Positions 20,143 to 30,628 of a stretch of DNA of 64,000 nucleotides are shown here, piece after piece (the stretch's first letter is position 1; each line of letters begins with the position of its first letter). The translations under genes and the position numbers were made by a program. The notes beneath the pieces are model-generated. The model ran no database searches. It was not told the DNA's origin and was given only the letters and a program-made list of their open reading frames with translations. Source of the DNA: an uncultured Lachnospiraceae bacterium (GTDB taxonomy: Bacteria > Bacillota > Clostridia > Lachnospirales > Lachnospiraceae); assembly GCA_910588775.1 (NCBI GenBank), contig CAJURH010000009.1, forward strand, positions 2,446-66,445. Reading direction: 5' to 3'.

Positions 20143-21561
20143 TTGGCGCCGAATAAACAAATCAAATTTCCTTCCTGGAAAATCGCATGGAAGGATTTTA
20201 AACGGATTGTCACGTTGAATATTGGCACTATATTGTTTGGCATCCTATTTATATATATCATATTCAGCATTATTTTATATTATACTTCCGTCCATTTCAG
20301 CTCATATCAGGTTGTATCCGGCCCATTATCCAAGAATGAGACCTACACAGGACTTGCGCTGTATCCGTCACAAATTGTGACAGCGGATGCAGGTGGATAC
20401 CTGAGTTATTATGCGCGGGAAGGTGGAAAAGTCAGTGCGTCCGCGATTGTGTATAGTTTAGGCGAACAACAGACCCAACAGGCGGCGCATCCGCTGTCAG
20501 AGGAAGATTTGTCCAGAATCCGGGAGCAGATGAGCGCTTTTTCCTACGAATTTCAGCCCAATGATTTTAAGAGCACATATAATTTCAAATACGAGCTGGG
20601 CGGAAATATTCTACAGTATTCCATGAATAGCCAGGAAGTATCGCCGGAAAATGCAGCGTCTGGCCAACAACCGGAAAATACGGCTCCTTCTGTCACCATG
20701 GGCGGACAGACGTTGGTTCGCGCCAAGGAAAACGGCATTATTCTCTATTCTAAGGACGGATACGAGGGAATTACCGTGGATAATTTCACCGAAGCGAATC
20801 TGGACGCTCAATCCTACCACAAAGAGAGCCTGAAGAAAAAAGAATCCATACAAGCGGGGGACGCTGTCTACACCCTGGTAACCGGGGAAACCTGGAATTT
20901 AATTGTTCCTTTGACGGATAAACAGGCCAGCGGTCTGGCGGATAAGACTTATATTAAAGTGCGCTTTGTGAAAGATAATATTTCACAAAACGGGGATTTC
21001 TCAATTATTGAGAGAGATGGAAAAAAATATGGAAATATTGAGTTCAGCAGCGGGCTGATTCGCTATGTGGGCGAGCGTTTTGTAGATATTGAATTGGTGA
21101 CAAATGTTCAAAATGGCCTGAAAATCCCATTGTCCGCTGTGGTAAAAAAAGAATTCTACACAATACCCACAGAATACAAAACAGTCGGGGGTAACAACAG
21201 CGAAGCTGGTTTTCTGGTGGAAAAAGGGAATAAGAAAGGGGAGGACGCAAGCTCTGAATTTATCAGCACAACCGTCTATGCAGAGCAAGAAGACTTCTGT
21301 TATGTGGATACTTCCATCTTTCCGGAGGGCAGTATCCTCTTAAAGCCAGATTCCAATGACCGGTATGTGGTGGAGGATACGGCCGCGCTGGAGGGAGCTT
21401 ACTGTATCAATAAAGGATACGCAGTTTTCCGGTTTATCAACATTCTGGATCAGAATGAAGAATTCTGCATTGTGGAAAAAGGCACGGAATATGGACTGGC
21501 CCAGTATGACCATATTATACTGGACGCTTCACAGGTTAAGGAGGAAGATATCTTATATTAA
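20143..21561 (+). CDS. Membrane-anchored HlyD/membrane-fusion-like protein upstream of yggS
   Basis: One N-terminal TM, biotinyl-hairpin-like G.(L/I).Y..(D/E)G repeats, C-terminal GL.QYD.I; TTG start after AAGGAGG. Confidence 0.7.
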   Translation: MAPNKQIKFPSWKIAWKDFKRIVTLNIGTILFGILFIYIIFSIILYYTSVHFSSYQVVSGPLSKNETYTGLALYPSQIVTADAGGYLSYYAREGGKVSASAIVYSLGEQQTQQAAHPLSEEDLSRIREQMSAFSYEFQPNDFKSTYNFKYELGGNILQYSMNSQEVSPENAASGQQPENTAPSVTMGGQTLVRAKENGIILYSKDGYEGITVDNFTEANLDAQSYHKESLKKKESIQAGDAVYTLVTGETWNLIVPLTDKQASGLADKTYIKVRFVKDNISQNGDFSIIERDGKKYGNIEFSSGLIRYVGERFVDIELVTNVQNGLKIPLSAVVKKEFYTIPTEYKTVGGNNSEAGFLVEKGNKKGEDASSEFISTTVYAEQEDFCYVDTSIFPEGSILLKPDSNDRYVVEDTAALEGAYCINKGYAVFRFINILDQNEEFCIVEKGTEYGLAQYDHIILDASQVKEEDILY

Positions 21562-21589
21562 AAATTTTATATTAAGGAGGCGTTTATTT

Positions 21590-22282
21590 ATGATACAAGA
21601 ACAGTTGGAACATGTGGAAGAGAAGATTTGCCGCGCCTGTGAGAGAAGCGGCCGGAAACGGGAGGAGGTGACCTTAATCGCCGTTAGTAAGACAAAACCC
21701 ATCGAAGATTTAAAGGAAGCTTATGATTGTGGAGCGCGTTTCTTCGGTGAGAATAAAGTGCAGGAAATAACGGAAAAATACCCACAGATGCCTCAGGACG
21801 TGAAGTGGCACATGATTGGACATCTGCAGAGAAACAAAGTGAAATACATTGTGGATAAAGTGGCCTTGATTCATTCGGTGGATTCGCTGCGCTTAGCCCA
21901 GGCGATTCAGTCGGAAGCCGCCAAACATCAGTTAGTCGTTCCTATATTAATAGAAGTAAACATGGCGGGAGAGGAGAGTAAATTCGGAGTTTCAAAAGAG
22001 GAAGCGCTGCCCTTGATACAGCAAATCAGCGCACTGGAAAATGTCCACATAGAAGGCCTAATGACTATTGCGCCGTATGTGGATGATCCAGAGGAAAATA
22101 GGTGGGTTTTTCAAGAGATGAAAAAATTAAGTATTGACATTCGTGAAAAAAACATTGATAATGTAGATATGTATGTGCTTAGCATGGGAATGACGGGGGA
22201 TTATGAAGTAGCCATAGAGGAGGGGGCCACTATGGTAAGGGTAGGGACAGGTATTTTCGGAAGCCGGAATTATTCGTTCTAA
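21590..22282 (+). CDS. yggS: PLP homeostasis protein YggS/YlmE
   Basis: LIAVSKT, FGENKVQE, WHMIGHLQ.NK, LSMGM..DY, VRVGT.IFG. Confidence 0.96.
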   Translation: MIQEQLEHVEEKICRACERSGRKREEVTLIAVSKTKPIEDLKEAYDCGARFFGENKVQEITEKYPQMPQDVKWHMIGHLQRNKVKYIVDKVALIHSVDSLRLAQAIQSEAAKHQLVVPILIEVNMAGEESKFGVSKEEALPLIQQISALENVHIEGLMTIAPYVDDPEENRWVFQEMKKLSIDIREKNIDNVDMYVLSMGMTGDYEVAIEEGATMVRVGTGIFGSRNYSF

Positions 22283-22323
22283 ATTCCTATATTGCAGATT
22301 TGAAATCAGATTGGAGATAGAAC

Positions 22324-22887
22324 ATGGGTGTTTTAGATAAGTTCTTAGACGCAATTAAACTTAACGATGATTACGACGATGACGATTTTCTGGATGATGA
22401 TTTCGATGATTTTGATGATGATAAGCCACGGAAGAAATTTTTTGATAAATTCCAGAAAAGCGACAATGAGGATGAACTCTATGACGATCCACAACCGAAA
22501 AATTCTGCGAAAACAGACAAAGGAGTACAAAAGCCAAGTGGGAAGCCAGTGAAGCCGGCTTCTTCTAAAATCACGCCTATGCGCAGTCCAAAAAAAGGAC
22601 AATCTATGGAAGTGTGCGTAATCAAACCAACTTCTATGGAAGATACCAGAGAAATTGCCGACACTTTGATTTCCAGTTGCACGGTGGTGCTGAACCTGGA
22701 AGGCGTGGACGTGGATCTGGCGCAGCGTATTATTGATTTTACTTTAGGTTCCTGTTATTCCCTGGGCGGACAATTTCAAAAAATATCTGATTTTGTTTTT
22801 ATTTTAACCCCATTTAATGTGGATATATCCGGAGATTACCAGGATATATTGAGCGGAAAAATCCCTTCCATGCATACGGAGTTATAA
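22324..22887 (+). CDS. sepF: Cell division protein SepF
   Basis: N-terminal amphipathic helix, acidic linker, VVLNLE...AQRIIDF..G. Confidence 0.93.
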   Translation: MGVLDKFLDAIKLNDDYDDDDFLDDDFDDFDDDKPRKKFFDKFQKSDNEDELYDDPQPKNSAKTDKGVQKPSGKPVKPASSKITPMRSPKKGQSMEVCVIKPTSMEDTREIADTLISSCTVVLNLEGVDVDLAQRIIDFTLGSCYSLGGQFQKISDFVFILTPFNVDISGDYQDILSGKIPSMHTEL

Positions 22888-22891
22888 GAAG

Positions 22892-23647
22892 ATGAAGGAT
22901 CAAGACACTTTTTTTAAGAATCGCGTGGACGATTTGAAAAATATGGCTTTTCAAAGAGACATTGTCACGTTTACAGACTTTTTGGATCTCCATCAGTTAC
23001 ATATGATAAAAGACCTGAAAAACAGTTTTCCGGGCATTGTAACGGAGACTTCTGGAGGGTATGAATATGCAGAGCGTCAGATGGCAGCGTTTATCCCTGA
23101 CGCTCTTTCTTATGAATGGGAATTTCCCATACGATGCCTGAAAATCACGAAGACTGTGGAAAAGTTTCAGGAAAACTTAAATCATAGGGATTACTTGGGC
23201 GCTATGGTCCATTTGGGCGTGGACAGAGGCGTGCTGGGAGACATCCTTCTCTCCGAGGATGACGCGTGGTTTTTCTGCGTGGATTCCATGGCTGACTTTT
23301 TTATCCAGGAACTGGTGAAAATCCGGCATACTTCTGTGCGCACCCAGATGCTGCCCCAGACAGAACCAATTCCGGAACCACTGCGAAAACCTGTACAGGG
23401 AACGGTTTCATCCATTCGGCTAGACGCCATCATGTCTGTGGCGTTTGGCGGCTCCCGCACAAAGCTTTTGCCATTCATTCAAGGCAAAAAGGTGTATGTA
23501 AACGGCTGTCTGGTCACCGCCAACGGCTATACGCTGAAAGAGGGGGACATTGTCTCGGTACGGGGCAAAGGGAAATTCCAATTTCTGCAGGTTCTTTCCC
23601 AGACCAAAAAGGGAAGATACGCAATTCTTTTGGAAGTTTATCAATAG
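22892..23647 (+). CDS. ylmH: YlmH S4-domain RNA-binding protein
   Basis: GGY..AER, HRDYLGA, S.RLD...SR, GD.VSVRGKG. Confidence 0.92.
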   Translation: MKDQDTFFKNRVDDLKNMAFQRDIVTFTDFLDLHQLHMIKDLKNSFPGIVTETSGGYEYAERQMAAFIPDALSYEWEFPIRCLKITKTVEKFQENLNHRDYLGAMVHLGVDRGVLGDILLSEDDAWFFCVDSMADFFIQELVKIRHTSVRTQMLPQTEPIPEPLRKPVQGTVSSIRLDAIMSVAFGGSRTKLLPFIQGKKVYVNGCLVTANGYTLKEGDIVSVRGKGKFQFLQVLSQTKKGRYAILLEVYQ

Positions 23648-23660
23648 AAGGAGGACAAGT

Positions 23661-24764
23661 ATGGGAGAAATGGACAGGCTTCAGGTGTCAAGAAGCGGCG
23701 AATTTTCGTATTCCATTGATTTAGAAAAAGATTTTTCACATCTGGGCGAACGGATTGGCCAATGCAGGGAAAAAGGTGGAAAAGTGTGTATCGTAACGGA
23801 TACCAATGTGGAACCGCTCTATGGGGAAACGGTAAAAGAAGAGCTGAAAAAATTTTTCTCAAAAGTCACTGTCTTCGTGATGCGGGCCGGAGAAGAAAAT
23901 AAACAATTATCCACCGTACAGGCGTTATACACCCATTTAATCCACCATAATTTTGAGCGCAGGGATTTGCTGGTGGCTTTGGGCGGAGGCGTGGTGGGTG
24001 ACCTGACGGGCTTTGCGGCGGCCACTTATCTGCGGGGCATTGATTTCGTGCAGGTGCCAACAACTTTACTGTCCCAGGTGGACAGCAGCATAGGCGGAAA
24101 GACCGGAGTGGACTTTGACAGCTATAAGAATATGGTGGGAGCGTTTCACCAGCCTAAGCTGGTGTATATGAATCTGCGCACGCTGAATACCCTGGATGAA
24201 AAACAATTCGCCTGCGGCATGGCGGAGATCTTGAAACACGGTCTGCTAAGAGACGAGGCGTATTACCAGTGGCTGAAAGACCATCGGGAATCTATTCTGG
24301 AGAAAGATATGGATGTTCTGCGGGAAATGATTTTCCGAAGCTGCCAGATAAAGGCGGATGTTGTGGAGCAAGATCCCATGGAGAAAGGTCTCCGGGCGCT
24401 GTTGAACCTGGGGCACACCATCGGACATGCCGTCGAGAAAAAATTAAATTTTCAGATGCTTCATGGACAATGCGTGGCGTTGGGCTGTGTGGCTGCCGCT
24501 TTCCTGTCCTATAAACGCGGCTTGATTGATGCCGCCGCTGTGGATGAAATCAGAGCGACGAACCGGATTTTTCAACTGCCTGTGCAATTAGAAGCCGATT
24601 TATCCACAGAAGAGCTTTTGGAGGCCACCAAAAAAGATAAGAAAATGTCCCAGGGACGGATACGCTTTATTTTGTTGCGCCGGATTGGGGAAGCTTTTGC
24701 GGATACTACGGTGACGGAAGAGGAGATTTGCGCAGCCATAGACAGCTTGAAGGGCGCACTATGA
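23661..24764 (+). CDS. aroB: 3-dehydroquinate synthase
   Basis: GGGVVGD, PTTLLSQVDSSIGGK, LNLGHTIGHA, HG..VA.G, DKK. Confidence 0.96.
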   Translation: MGEMDRLQVSRSGEFSYSIDLEKDFSHLGERIGQCREKGGKVCIVTDTNVEPLYGETVKEELKKFFSKVTVFVMRAGEENKQLSTVQALYTHLIHHNFERRDLLVALGGGVVGDLTGFAAATYLRGIDFVQVPTTLLSQVDSSIGGKTGVDFDSYKNMVGAFHQPKLVYMNLRTLNTLDEKQFACGMAEILKHGLLRDEAYYQWLKDHRESILEKDMDVLREMIFRSCQIKADVVEQDPMEKGLRALLNLGHTIGHAVEKKLNFQMLHGQCVALGCVAAAFLSYKRGLIDAAAVDEIRATNRIFQLPVQLEADLSTEELLEATKKDKKMSQGRIRFILLRRIGEAFADTTVTEEEICAAIDSLKGAL

Positions 24765-25270
24765 ATAAAAAGAAGATAAGATATCTGGGTTGCACGGGCG
24801 CAGGCATTTTGGCGCTTCTCTTGGCCGATCAGTATACCAAATATCTGGCGCAGGAGTATTTAAAAGATCAAGCGGACATCATCTGGATTCCCCAGGTTTT
24901 TCAACTGCATTATCTTGAAAACCGGGGAGCGGCTTTTGGGCTGCTTCAGAATCAGAAATTTATCTTTTTGGCTCTGTGCGCTTTATTTCTCTGCGCCGCT
25001 TTTCTTTTTTTGCTGCAAATGCCCGCCACATCCCGCTATATTCCACTTTATTTCATTGCGGCAGGATTGTCCGCAGGAGCTGCCGGAAATGGAATTGACC
25101 GTATTTTGTATGGATATGTCATTGATTTTTTCTATTTTTCTTTGATAGATTTCCCCGTCTTTAACATGGCGGACATTTATGTGACTGTCAGCGGTTTTCT
25201 ATTGATTCTATATGTATGTTTTGTGTACCGGGAAGAAGATTTTGCATTCATGCAGAGGAGAAAAAGTTAG
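24761..25270 (+). CDS. lspA: Signal peptidase II
   Basis: DQ.TK, N.GAAFG, GA.GN.IDR, V.DF, FPVFN.AD. Confidence 0.96.
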   Translation: MNKKKIRYLGCTGAGILALLLADQYTKYLAQEYLKDQADIIWIPQVFQLHYLENRGAAFGLLQNQKFIFLALCALFLCAAFLFLLQMPATSRYIPLYFIAAGLSAGAAGNGIDRILYGYVIDFFYFSLIDFPVFNMADIYVTVSGFLLILYVCFVYREEDFAFMQRRKS

Positions 25271-25273
25271 ACG

Positions 25274-26206
25274 ATGCGTATGGAAGAGATTATCATTAGT
25301 GAGGAACAGGAAGGCCGGCGCATTGATAAAGGTCTTTTTCTGGACGAGAATCAAGTTTCCCGTTCCCGCCTTCAAAAACTTCTCAAAGAAGAGATGGTTC
25401 TGGTTAATCATAAACCGGTAAAGCCCAGTTACCGTCTGCGCACTGGAGACGCGGTATGTGTGCAGATCCCGGAGAACCAGCCGGCATCCATTCTCCCGGA
25501 AGACATTCCGCTGGACATACTCTATGAGGACGACTGCCTGCTGGTGGTCAACAAACCCCAAGGGATGGTGGTGCATCCCGCGCCAGGCCACGCGGAACAT
25601 ACCCTGGTCAACGCTGTGCTGGCGCACTGTCAGGGCAATTTGTCGGGGATCAATGGCGAGCTGCGTCCCGGCATTGTGCACCGGATTGACCGGGACACTT
25701 CCGGCGCACTGGTGATTTGCAAAGATGATCATGCCCACCGGGACTTGGCCCAACAGTTAAAGGAACATACCATACACAGGGTCTATCATGCGGTGGTGAA
25801 AGGGAACATAAAGGAAAATGAGGGTTGCATCGACGCGCCCATTGGCAGGCATCCTACCGACCGGAAGCGGATGTCCATACATTCCAGATGTGGCAGACGC
25901 GCAGTCACCCATTACCAGGTGTTGAAACGGTTTGGCGATTATACGTATGTGCAATGCCGGCTGGAAACAGGACGCACCCATCAGATTCGCGTCCATATGG
26001 CCAGCATTTCCCATCCGTTGACAGGAGATCCCGTGTACAATCGAAGCGGCGACAACCCTTTTCATCTAGCTGGCCAGGCACTTCACGCATATATACTGGG
26101 ATTTCGCCATCCCCGAACAGGAGAATATCTGGAGACATCCGCGCCATTTCCAGAATCTTTTACCAACTTATTAAATAAACTGGAAAAAACGAATTTGAAT
26201 GGATGA
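25274..26206 (+). CDS. RluA/RluD family pseudouridine synthase
   Basis: S4 domain, VNKP.GMVVHP, HRIDRDTSG, TGRTHQIRVH, ALHA. Confidence 0.95.
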   Translation: MRMEEIIISEEQEGRRIDKGLFLDENQVSRSRLQKLLKEEMVLVNHKPVKPSYRLRTGDAVCVQIPENQPASILPEDIPLDILYEDDCLLVVNKPQGMVVHPAPGHAEHTLVNAVLAHCQGNLSGINGELRPGIVHRIDRDTSGALVICKDDHAHRDLAQQLKEHTIHRVYHAVVKGNIKENEGCIDAPIGRHPTDRKRMSIHSRCGRRAVTHYQVLKRFGDYTYVQCRLETGRTHQIRVHMASISHPLTGDPVYNRSGDNPFHLAGQALHAYILGFRHPRTGEYLETSAPFPESFTNLLNKLEKTNLNG

Positions 26207-26265
26207 TTGCGAAACGACCATTTTGCTCAAACAAAGAGTTTATTAAAAACCGTTTCGCAATCGTC
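26202..26265. repeat. 15-bp imperfect inverted repeat with a 34-bp spacer
   Basis: GATGATTGCGAAACG (26202-26216) and CGTTTCGCAATCGTC (26251-26265); 14/15 symmetric. Confidence 0.8.
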
Positions 26266-26289
26266 TAAAATAAGAGAGGAGTGTGGCAT

Positions 26290-26919
26290 ATGAAAACAAA
26301 ATCAATCATCACCATCGCGCGTCAATATGGAAGCGGAGGTCGCGCCATCGGCCGAAAACTTGCCGAAAGGCTGGAGATTCCTTTCTATGACAAAGAATTG
26401 CTGGAAAGAGCCGCCAATGACAGCGGAATCTGCAAAGAATTGTTTGAAAACCATGACGAGAAACCCACCAACAGTTTTCTATATTCACTGGTTATGGACA
26501 CTTATTCCTTCGGCTATAACTCGGCAGCCTTCACCGATATGCCCATGAATCATAAAGTATTCCTGGCACAGTTCGAAGCCATTAAGAAACTGGCCACGGA
26601 AGGCCCCTGCGTGATGGTAGGCCGCTGCGCTGATTACGCTCTGGCGGATTTTGAAAATTGTTTCAGCGTATTTATACATTCAGACCTGGATATTCGCATC
26701 CGCCGAATCGCCAAAGAATACGATATGAAGGACAACAAAGCGCGGGACATTATACAAAAGACGGATAAAAGCCGTTCCAGTTATTACAATTATTACACAA
26801 ACAAGCGGTGGGGCGACGCAACCAGCTATAATTTGTGTATAGACAGTGGAAAAATGGGGTTTGAAAAGACCGTAGAGTGTATTATTCAGGCATTGAAGAT
26901 CTTTGAGGCTTCCGTTTAG
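26290..26919 (+). CDS. Cytidylate kinase-like family protein
   Basis: ITIARQYGSGGR.IG, CV.VGRCADY, D..R.SYY.YY...WG....Y. Confidence 0.88.
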   Translation: MKTKSIITIARQYGSGGRAIGRKLAERLEIPFYDKELLERAANDSGICKELFENHDEKPTNSFLYSLVMDTYSFGYNSAAFTDMPMNHKVFLAQFEAIKKLATEGPCVMVGRCADYALADFENCFSVFIHSDLDIRIRRIAKEYDMKDNKARDIIQKTDKSRSSYYNYYTNKRWGDATSYNLCIDSGKMGFEKTVECIIQALKIFEASV

Positions 26920-27631
26920 AATCCCAGCCTTTCAAATTTCCGCTTAAAATGGCGGCAAATATCCGATCCTTTGCGCCTGGATGGTCCTGATTCAGCTCTT
27001 TCAACAGGTTTTTGGCATATTCCCGCTTCGTTCGACCATCGGCGGGGCAGGGGCTTTTTGCCACAGGAAGCTGATATTTGTTCTGAAAACCAATGATATC
27101 CGCCTCCTTCATAAATACAAACGGACGTATGAGGGTCAGATCCATCCGGTCCCAGTATGTAACTGGCGAGAATGTGTGGAAACGGCCCTCGAAAATCAGA
27201 GACAGAAGCAAAGTCTCCACCACATCATCCCTGTGGTGGGCATAAGCCACTTTGTTGCACCCCAGCTCCTTTATCGCATCGTTGAACGCTCCTTTTCTCA
27301 TCTTTGCGCAGAGAGAGCAGGGGTTCTTTTCGCGCTTTTCGTAGAAGACAATGTTGGCGATTTCTGTCTTTACTCTCGTAAAAGGCACTTCTATATCCAC
27401 ACAAAAACTCTGGATCTTAGAGAAATCCACATTGGGAAATCCCAGATCCACCGTGACGGCCTGAAGGCTGTATTTTTTTGGATAGAAACGTTGAAGATGC
27501 CGTAACGCCAGCAGAAGAGCAAGACTGTCTTTGCCACCGGAGACTCCCACAGCGATGCAATCACCGGATTGAATCATGTTAAATTCATCAATAGCCTTCC
27601 TGGACACGCTTAATAGTTGCTGTAATTTCAT
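26882..27631 (-). CDS. ttcA: tRNA 2-thiocytidine biosynthesis TtcA family protein
   Basis: PP-loop SGGKDS, CSLC, AHH.DD, IRP. Overlaps the convergent gene by 38 bp. Confidence 0.88.
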   Translation of the reverse strand: MKLQQLLSVSRKAIDEFNMIQSGDCIAVGVSGGKDSLALLLALRHLQRFYPKKYSLQAVTVDLGFPNVDFSKIQSFCVDIEVPFTRVKTEIANIVFYEKREKNPCSLCAKMRKGAFNDAIKELGCNKVAYAHHRDDVVETLLLSLIFEGRFHTFSPVTYWDRMDLTLIRPFVFMKEADIIGFQNKYQLPVAKSPCPADGRTKREYAKNLLKELNQDHPGAKDRIFAAILSGNLKGWDSKRKPQRSSMPE

Positions 27632-27824
27632 TTAATTTGTTTTCCTTTCGTTGTAAAAAATATTACATAAATAAATCACGCTTTTCCATTATAACTTGTG
27701 GCTCTATACAAATCAATATCCATTATTTTTTAAAAAAGTATGACAAATCATTTCTTATATGTTATAATTATTACAGAATATGGTAATTAAATATGAATAA
27801 AAGGGAAGGAATCGTAAGAAAAAT

Positions 27825-29087
27825 ATGAAATTTTTTGGGGATAATCATTATTTTAATTGGGGCCTAACCGCTTTTTTTGTGGCGGCGGCCAGTATGCTTT
27901 TCTACTTTGGAATTTTTCATATGGAAATTTTGATCCATGGCATCCAGACCGTGGTTAGGATTATCATGCCGTTGCTTTACGGTGCGGCTATCGCTTATTT
28001 GCTGAATCCCGTGCTGAACTTCCTTGAAAAGAAAGTGGTCTATCCCGCCTTTGAATTCAAAAAGCGTGAAGTGGGGAAAAGAGGCCGCCGGATAATCCGG
28101 TATATCTGCGTCTTGATTTCTGTTTTTCTACTGTGCTGGCTGGTTTACGCGCTGGTGATGACGATTTTGCCGGAGATTATCAACAGTACGGTAAATATTA
28201 TCAATAATTTTCCACAGTATATGGATGATATTCAGAGATGGGTCACCAAAAGCTTGGAGGATAACCGGGATCTGAATGCGCTGGTTTTGGATTTGTTTGA
28301 TAAATATGCCGTTCGGTTTGAGAATTACCTGACCAGAGATATTTTGCCACAGCTTCAAGGCGCCCTGATGCATTTGTCATCCGGCGTGTGGGACGTGCTG
28401 ATTTTCCTGAAAAATATTGTGATTGGGATTATCGTTTCGGTGTACATTCTGGCGGACAAAGAGACTTTCACGGCAAAGGGAAAAATGTTCCTATATGCAA
28501 TCTTTTCCCCACAATGGGCCAACCGGATTCTGGGAAATCTGCGGTTTACTCATCGGACTTTCGGCGGATTTTTCAGCGGAAAGATTGTGGACTCCATGAT
28601 TATTGGAATTTTATGCTACATGGGCACAAGCATTCTTGGCACGCCGTACACGATTTTGGTCAGCGTTGTGGTGGGAGTCACCAATATCATTCCCTTTTTT
28701 GGCCCGTACCTGGGTGCGGTTCCCTGTGCGTTTTTGATTCTTTTAGTCAATCCTATGCAGTGTCTGTACTTTATTATTTTTATTTTAATTCTGCAGCAAT
28801 TTGACGGAAATATTCTGGGACCGAAAATCCTGGGCGAATCCACGGGTTTGTCCAGCTTCATGGTAATCCTGGCTATTTTAGTGGGCGGCGGATTATTTGG
28901 CATTTTGGGCATGTTTATCGGAGTGCCTGTCTGCGCGGTTCTTTATGCTCTTTTGTGGAACAATGTGAGAAAAGCGCTGGCCAAAAGAAACCTTCCGCTG
29001 GACATCAAGGTCTATGAGACCAGTAGATATCTGGATAATGGGGAAAAAGAATGTAAAAAAATAAAAAAAAATGTGGAAAAGGGTTGA
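27825..29087 (+). CDS. AI-2E family transporter
   Basis: Multi-TM; AYLLNP, NIIPFFGP, QQFDGNILGPKILG, GM.IGVP. Confidence 0.9.
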   Translation: MKFFGDNHYFNWGLTAFFVAAASMLFYFGIFHMEILIHGIQTVVRIIMPLLYGAAIAYLLNPVLNFLEKKVVYPAFEFKKREVGKRGRRIIRYICVLISVFLLCWLVYALVMTILPEIINSTVNIINNFPQYMDDIQRWVTKSLEDNRDLNALVLDLFDKYAVRFENYLTRDILPQLQGALMHLSSGVWDVLIFLKNIVIGIIVSVYILADKETFTAKGKMFLYAIFSPQWANRILGNLRFTHRTFGGFFSGKIVDSMIIGILCYMGTSILGTPYTILVSVVVGVTNIIPFFGPYLGAVPCAFLILLVNPMQCLYFIIFILILQQFDGNILGPKILGESTGLSSFMVILAILVGGGLFGILGMFIGVPVCAVLYALLWNNVRKALAKRNLPLDIKVYETSRYLDNGEKECKKIKKNVEKG

Positions 29088-29144
29088 TTTTTCCCTGTGA
29101 TATGTGGAAAATAGAGAGGAAATCTTTAAACAGGGGGAGGGAAT

Positions 29145-29591
29145 ATGAAATTTGTGATTCAGAGAGTGTCGCACGCAAGTGTGACAGTGGAAGAGGAGAC
29201 CATCGGAGAGATACAGCAGGGGTTCCTGGTGTTGATTGGCGTGGGAGAGAGTGATACCCAGGAAATTGCGGACAAATTCATCCGGAAAATGCTGGGGCTT
29301 CGGATTTTCCAGGACGATCAGGGGAAAACCAATCTGTCTTTGAAAGATGTGGACGGACAGCTTTTGTTAATCTCGCAGTTTACCTTGTATGCGGACTGTA
29401 AGAAAGGAAACCGTCCCAGCTTTATTCATGCGGGCGATCCGCGAAAAGCTGAAGAATTGTATCAATATATTGTGGATAAATGCCGCGACGCTGTTTCCGT
29501 GGTGGAAAAAGGCAGCTTTGGCGCGCACATGAAAGTGCAGTTGGAGAACGACGGACCTTTTACCATTGTTCTGGATGACGCAATTTTATAA
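29145..29591 (+). CDS. dtd: D-aminoacyl-tRNA deacylase
   Basis: VIQRV..A.V, SQFTL, GNRPSF, NDGPFT. Confidence 0.97.
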   Translation: MKFVIQRVSHASVTVEEETIGEIQQGFLVLIGVGESDTQEIADKFIRKMLGLRIFQDDQGKTNLSLKDVDGQLLLISQFTLYADCKKGNRPSFIHAGDPRKAEELYQYIVDKCRDAVSVVEKGSFGAHMKVQLENDGPFTIVLDDAIL

Positions 29592-29608
29592 AAGAGGGGA
29601 AATGGAAA

Positions 29609-30628
29609 ATGAAAAAGATGAGTAGATGCAGGAAATATTTTCTGGCAATAGCTCTATGTCTGATCGGGCTTCTTATGGCCGCGCCAAGTAAAACGGCAAA
29701 TGCTGCGCCTGTCATGGCAAAGCCAGTTCTGTTGGCGGACAGTCTTTTGGTGGATAGTTCAAGGGTCGCCCAGGGAAAATGGATCAAAAAAGGAAAAAAT
29801 GTCTATTTTCAGCAAAAGGACGGCTCATTCTTAAAAGGCTGGCTGACCTGGAAAGGCTACAAATATTATCTGTCCAGGAAGAACGGCGCAAGAGTGACTG
29901 GCTGGCGAAATATTGATGGCAAACGTTACTTTTTCCGATTAAAGAACGGTCGCTTGGCCACGGGTTGGTTTTCTTACCATGGAAAAAAATATTTTGCCAC
30001 ATCCAAGGGTGTGCTCAAAAAGGGGTGGCTAAATTACAAAGGAAACTGGTATTTTCTCAGCAGAGCCCAGAAAGGGGCCATGCGCACAGGATGGGTGACG
30101 ATTAAAGGGCGGCGGTATTTCTTCTATTCCAATGGGAAAATGGCGGTAAAAACCTGGGTGGACGATGATCATTATGTGGATAAGAACGGCATTCTGGATG
30201 CAAAGGCTGTGCAGAAAAGGAAGGATACGTTCCGATGGCCGCTGGCGCGTAAATGGAATACGATCTCCAGTCCTTTCGGAAACCGCGGTCCCATGCCTGT
30301 GGGGACCAGCGACCACAATGGCATCGACATTCCGGCGGCCATGAACACGCCGGTTCACTCTGCAAGGGCCGGAACGGTGGTGGCTTGTGAATACAACGAC
30401 TCTGCCGGAAATTTCATCGAAATCCGCCATGGAAACGGCCTGGCTTCCCAGTATATGCACATGACGGCATTTAAATCCGGAATCAAGGTTGGCAGCCGGG
30501 TACGCCGAGGGCAGGTTATTGGATATGTGGGCAGCACGGGCTGGTCCACCGGGGCGCATCTTCATTTCGGCGTAAAGGTGAAGGGCAAATATTATGCGGA
30601 CCCCTTGAAATATGTGCGTCAGCCGTAA
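29609..30628 (+). CDS. Secreted M23 metallopeptidase with cell-wall (choline/glucan-binding type) repeats
   Basis: Signal peptide, GW....G.WYY-type repeats, HNGID and HLH zinc motifs. Confidence 0.9.
   Translation: MKKMSRCRKYFLAIALCLIGLLMAAPSKTANAAPVMAKPVLLADSLLVDSSRVAQGKWIKKGKNVYFQQKDGSFLKGWLTWKGYKYYLSRKNGARVTGWRNIDGKRYFFRLKNGRLATGWFSYHGKKYFATSKGVLKKGWLNYKGNWYFLSRAQKGAMRTGWVTIKGRRYFFYSNGKMAVKTWVDDDHYVDKNGILDAKAVQKRKDTFRWPLARKWNTISSPFGNRGPMPVGTSDHNGIDIPAAMNTPVHSARAGTVVACEYNDSAGNFIEIRHGNGLASQYMHMTAFKSGIKVGSRVRRGQVIGYVGSTGWSTGAHLHFGVKVKGKYYADPLKYVRQP

Noticed and set aside
22366..22422. GAT/GAC-rich repeat in sepF
   Set aside because: Ordinary acidic low-complexity SepF linker.
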